Assembly: GCA_001689445.1 (NCBI GenBank)
Contig: LUJN01000040.1
Coordinates: 2,467-66,466, forward strand
Length of the DNA stretch: 64,000 bases
Direction of reading: 5' to 3'
DNA from: Bacteroidales bacterium M3
GTDB taxonomy: Bacteria; Bacteroidota; Bacteroidia; Bacteroidales; Muribaculaceae
Shown here: one piece after another, positions 62,611 to 64,000 of the stretch
How positions within the stretch are numbered: position 1 is the stretch's first letter
Layout of the letters: every line of letters begins with the position of its first letter
Program-made: the position numbers and the translations under genes
The notes under the pieces: generated by a model
What the model was told of the DNA's origin: nothing
Database searches by the model: none
What the model saw: the letters and a program-made list of their open reading frames with translations, nothing else

Positions 62611-64000
62611 ATGAAACCGACTAACCTTTTTGCACTACTGTTAATCCTTACCACCGCACTGCTGCCCGTGTCATGCGCCCATCTCCCCGAAAAGCCCACC
62701 CGCTTTTGGGACACGGGAAATGCCACCGTGGACAGCCTGCTGACTCTTTTTGATTATTATGATTTAAGGCTCACTCTTGGGGAAGACAAAAGAGACGCGC
62801 TCGATTCCACAATTCTAACCGTGGGGACAATGAAACAGGAGGCTCCCGCCGCAGCTATGTTGGCGGAAATATGGCACAAGGAATATTGTGGCAGAGAGTC
62901 CTTTGATGCCGAGAGATGGAGGCTTGACAGCATTGTCCTCGCCAAGACCGATACGTCAAAATCGCCATATCTTGCCGCAAGAATAAAAATGGATATGGCT
63001 AAACATATGACCCATGACCAAGAAAACCAAGTCAAAATACTTTTTGACCTCCTCCCATATTTTACCGGCATACGCGATAGCCTATTCACGGCCTATACAC
63101 TGATAGCGATAGGAATAGAATACTCAAAGATATATGATTATTCCACTTTCATCGAATGTATGCAAGAAGTCAAACGTATCATCCCGGATTCATTGCCTGA
63201 AGTGCGTGCCATTATGGATTTCAATATTGCCCAAACGCTACGGGCACGCCAGAACACCGAGCAATACATGGCAATTATTGACAGCATAAGTAAATCAAAC
63301 GTAAGGTTAATACCGGAAATCGGACTCCAAATATATACCGACTTGTATGAACTGAAAGGAGATCCCGCGTACATGGACACTGCCGCAACATATTACACAC
63401 GTATCACTGATGAAAATCAAATCCATCGGCTCTATTACCGTATACATCAGCTGCGACTATTCGATCAGCGTGGGCTTACCGACTCGGCACAAATTCGCTG
63501 TGCCGAACTAACAGCAATTATCAAGGACGGCAACCCTTACAATGCAGAAATCATCTCTGCATTGATACGACATTATCGGCATATGGGCAATAATGCGGCA
63601 ATTATCCCGCTGCGCAAGCAGGCTCATGTGGATAGCCTATCACGCGTGGCCAGTACCAAGGCAACCAAAATGTCACATAACAAGGCATCCCAAGAGATGA
63701 CCCGGCTTAGGGAAATACTACACCCAACGGAGAAAGACATCGATAACAATAAGTGGTTGTGGCTCACTATAGGCATTGTTGGCGTGATAGTGATAGGAAT
63801 AGTCCTTAACACCCTCCATAGGCGCAAAAAACGACGGCAACCCGCCCAACTGGAGGAGACGCCAACCGACAATGCAGACCGCAAGCTGGTCGCCGCAACC
63901 CTTGTCTCGGCAAGCAACGAGACCGAGGACAAGGCCGCAGTGCTTGGAGGATTTGACGTTGCGTTCAGCCGTGTGCGCCCCGGTTTCACCGATGAGCTGC
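62611..64000 (+). CDS. Membrane-tethered regulator-like protein (lipoprotein signal, helical TPR-like domain, TM helix); the 3' end is outside the window
   Basis: Not in the ORF track because no stop is reached. I translated frame 1 by eye from ATG 62611 (MKPTNLFALLLILTTALLPVSCAH...) and it stays open to base 64000. A TM helix lies at WLWLTIGIVGVIVIGIVLNTL. The architecture parallels the regulator at 19531. The region is AT-richer. Confidence 0.6.
   Translation, partial: MKPTNLFALLLILTTALLPVSCAHLPEKPTRFWDTGNATVDSLLTLFDYYDLRLTLGEDKRDALDSTILTVGTMKQEAPAAAMLAEIWHKEYCGRESFDAERWRLDSIVLAKTDTSKSPYLAARIKMDMAKHMTHDQENQVKILFDLLPYFTGIRDSLFTAYTLIAIGIEYSKIYDYSTFIECMQEVKRIIPDSLPEVRAIMDFNIAQTLRARQNTEQYMAIIDSISKSNVRLIPEIGLQIYTDLYELKGDPAYMDTAATYYTRITDENQIHRLYYRIHQLRLFDQRGLTDSAQIRCAELTAIIKDGNPYNAEIISALIRHYRHMGNNAAIIPLRKQAHVDSLSRVASTKATKMSHNKASQEMTRLREILHPTEKDIDNNKWLWLTIGIVGVIVIGIVLNTLHRRKKRRQPAQLEETPTDNADRKLVAATLVSASNETEDKAAVLGGFDVAFSRVRPGFTDEL

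Overview
The window is a GC-rich chromosomal segment from a Bacteroidota, probably Bacteroidales, organism. Three things support that phylum call: a type IX secretion system (T9SS) core operon, TAnnTTTG-type promoter boxes with no Shine-Dalgarno sequences, and a bS22 ribosomal protein gene. Most of the window is core genome.

Gene content, in order:
- An outer-membrane biogenesis block: an LptD-like barrel, then TamB and a lipoprotein Omp85 of the TamL type.
- ilvE, purB and tRNA-Val.
- A DUF6377-like regulator next to a GH97 glycosidase.
- mtnN-luxS, followed by an AlbA_2 gene.
- The T9SS core operon: PorT-like, porP, gldK, gldL, gldM and gldN, plus a cytidylate-kinase-like gene.
- A glycogen cluster: GH133-type debrancher, GT4 and GH57.
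- A lipid kinase, then hup, bS22 and rng.
- lpxA, an RND efflux operon and an MsbA-like ABC exporter.

Three predicted T9SS cargo proteins are present: a protein with four ~200-aa repeat modules, a BspA-like LRR protein, and a GH81 glucanase.

Visibly AT-richer islets carry accessory genes: rhuM, the LRR cargo with a small membrane protein, a HEPN/MNT toxin-antitoxin pair, a DUF4143 AAA ATPase, and a second membrane-tethered regulator that runs off the 3' end.

I saw no rRNA, CRISPR array, integrase or transposase, and I cannot point to a convincing novel multi-gene protein system.

The least explained signal is non-coding. Several families of intergenic repeats and palindromes recur across the window:
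- An element bounded by perfect 28-bp inverted repeats, built from a recurring TGTAGGG[GA]CGC hairpin motif.
- ATGCAT-word palindromes.
- CAAAGT-word motifs.
- Inverted 29-mers flanking purB.
- A nested ~180-bp palindrome between convergent genes.
- Two terminator-like hairpins that share a loop and show a compensatory stem change.
- A ~0.9-kb ORF-free gap with orphan promoter boxes.

All family names come from reading the translated ORFs and from memory of the families. No searches were run.
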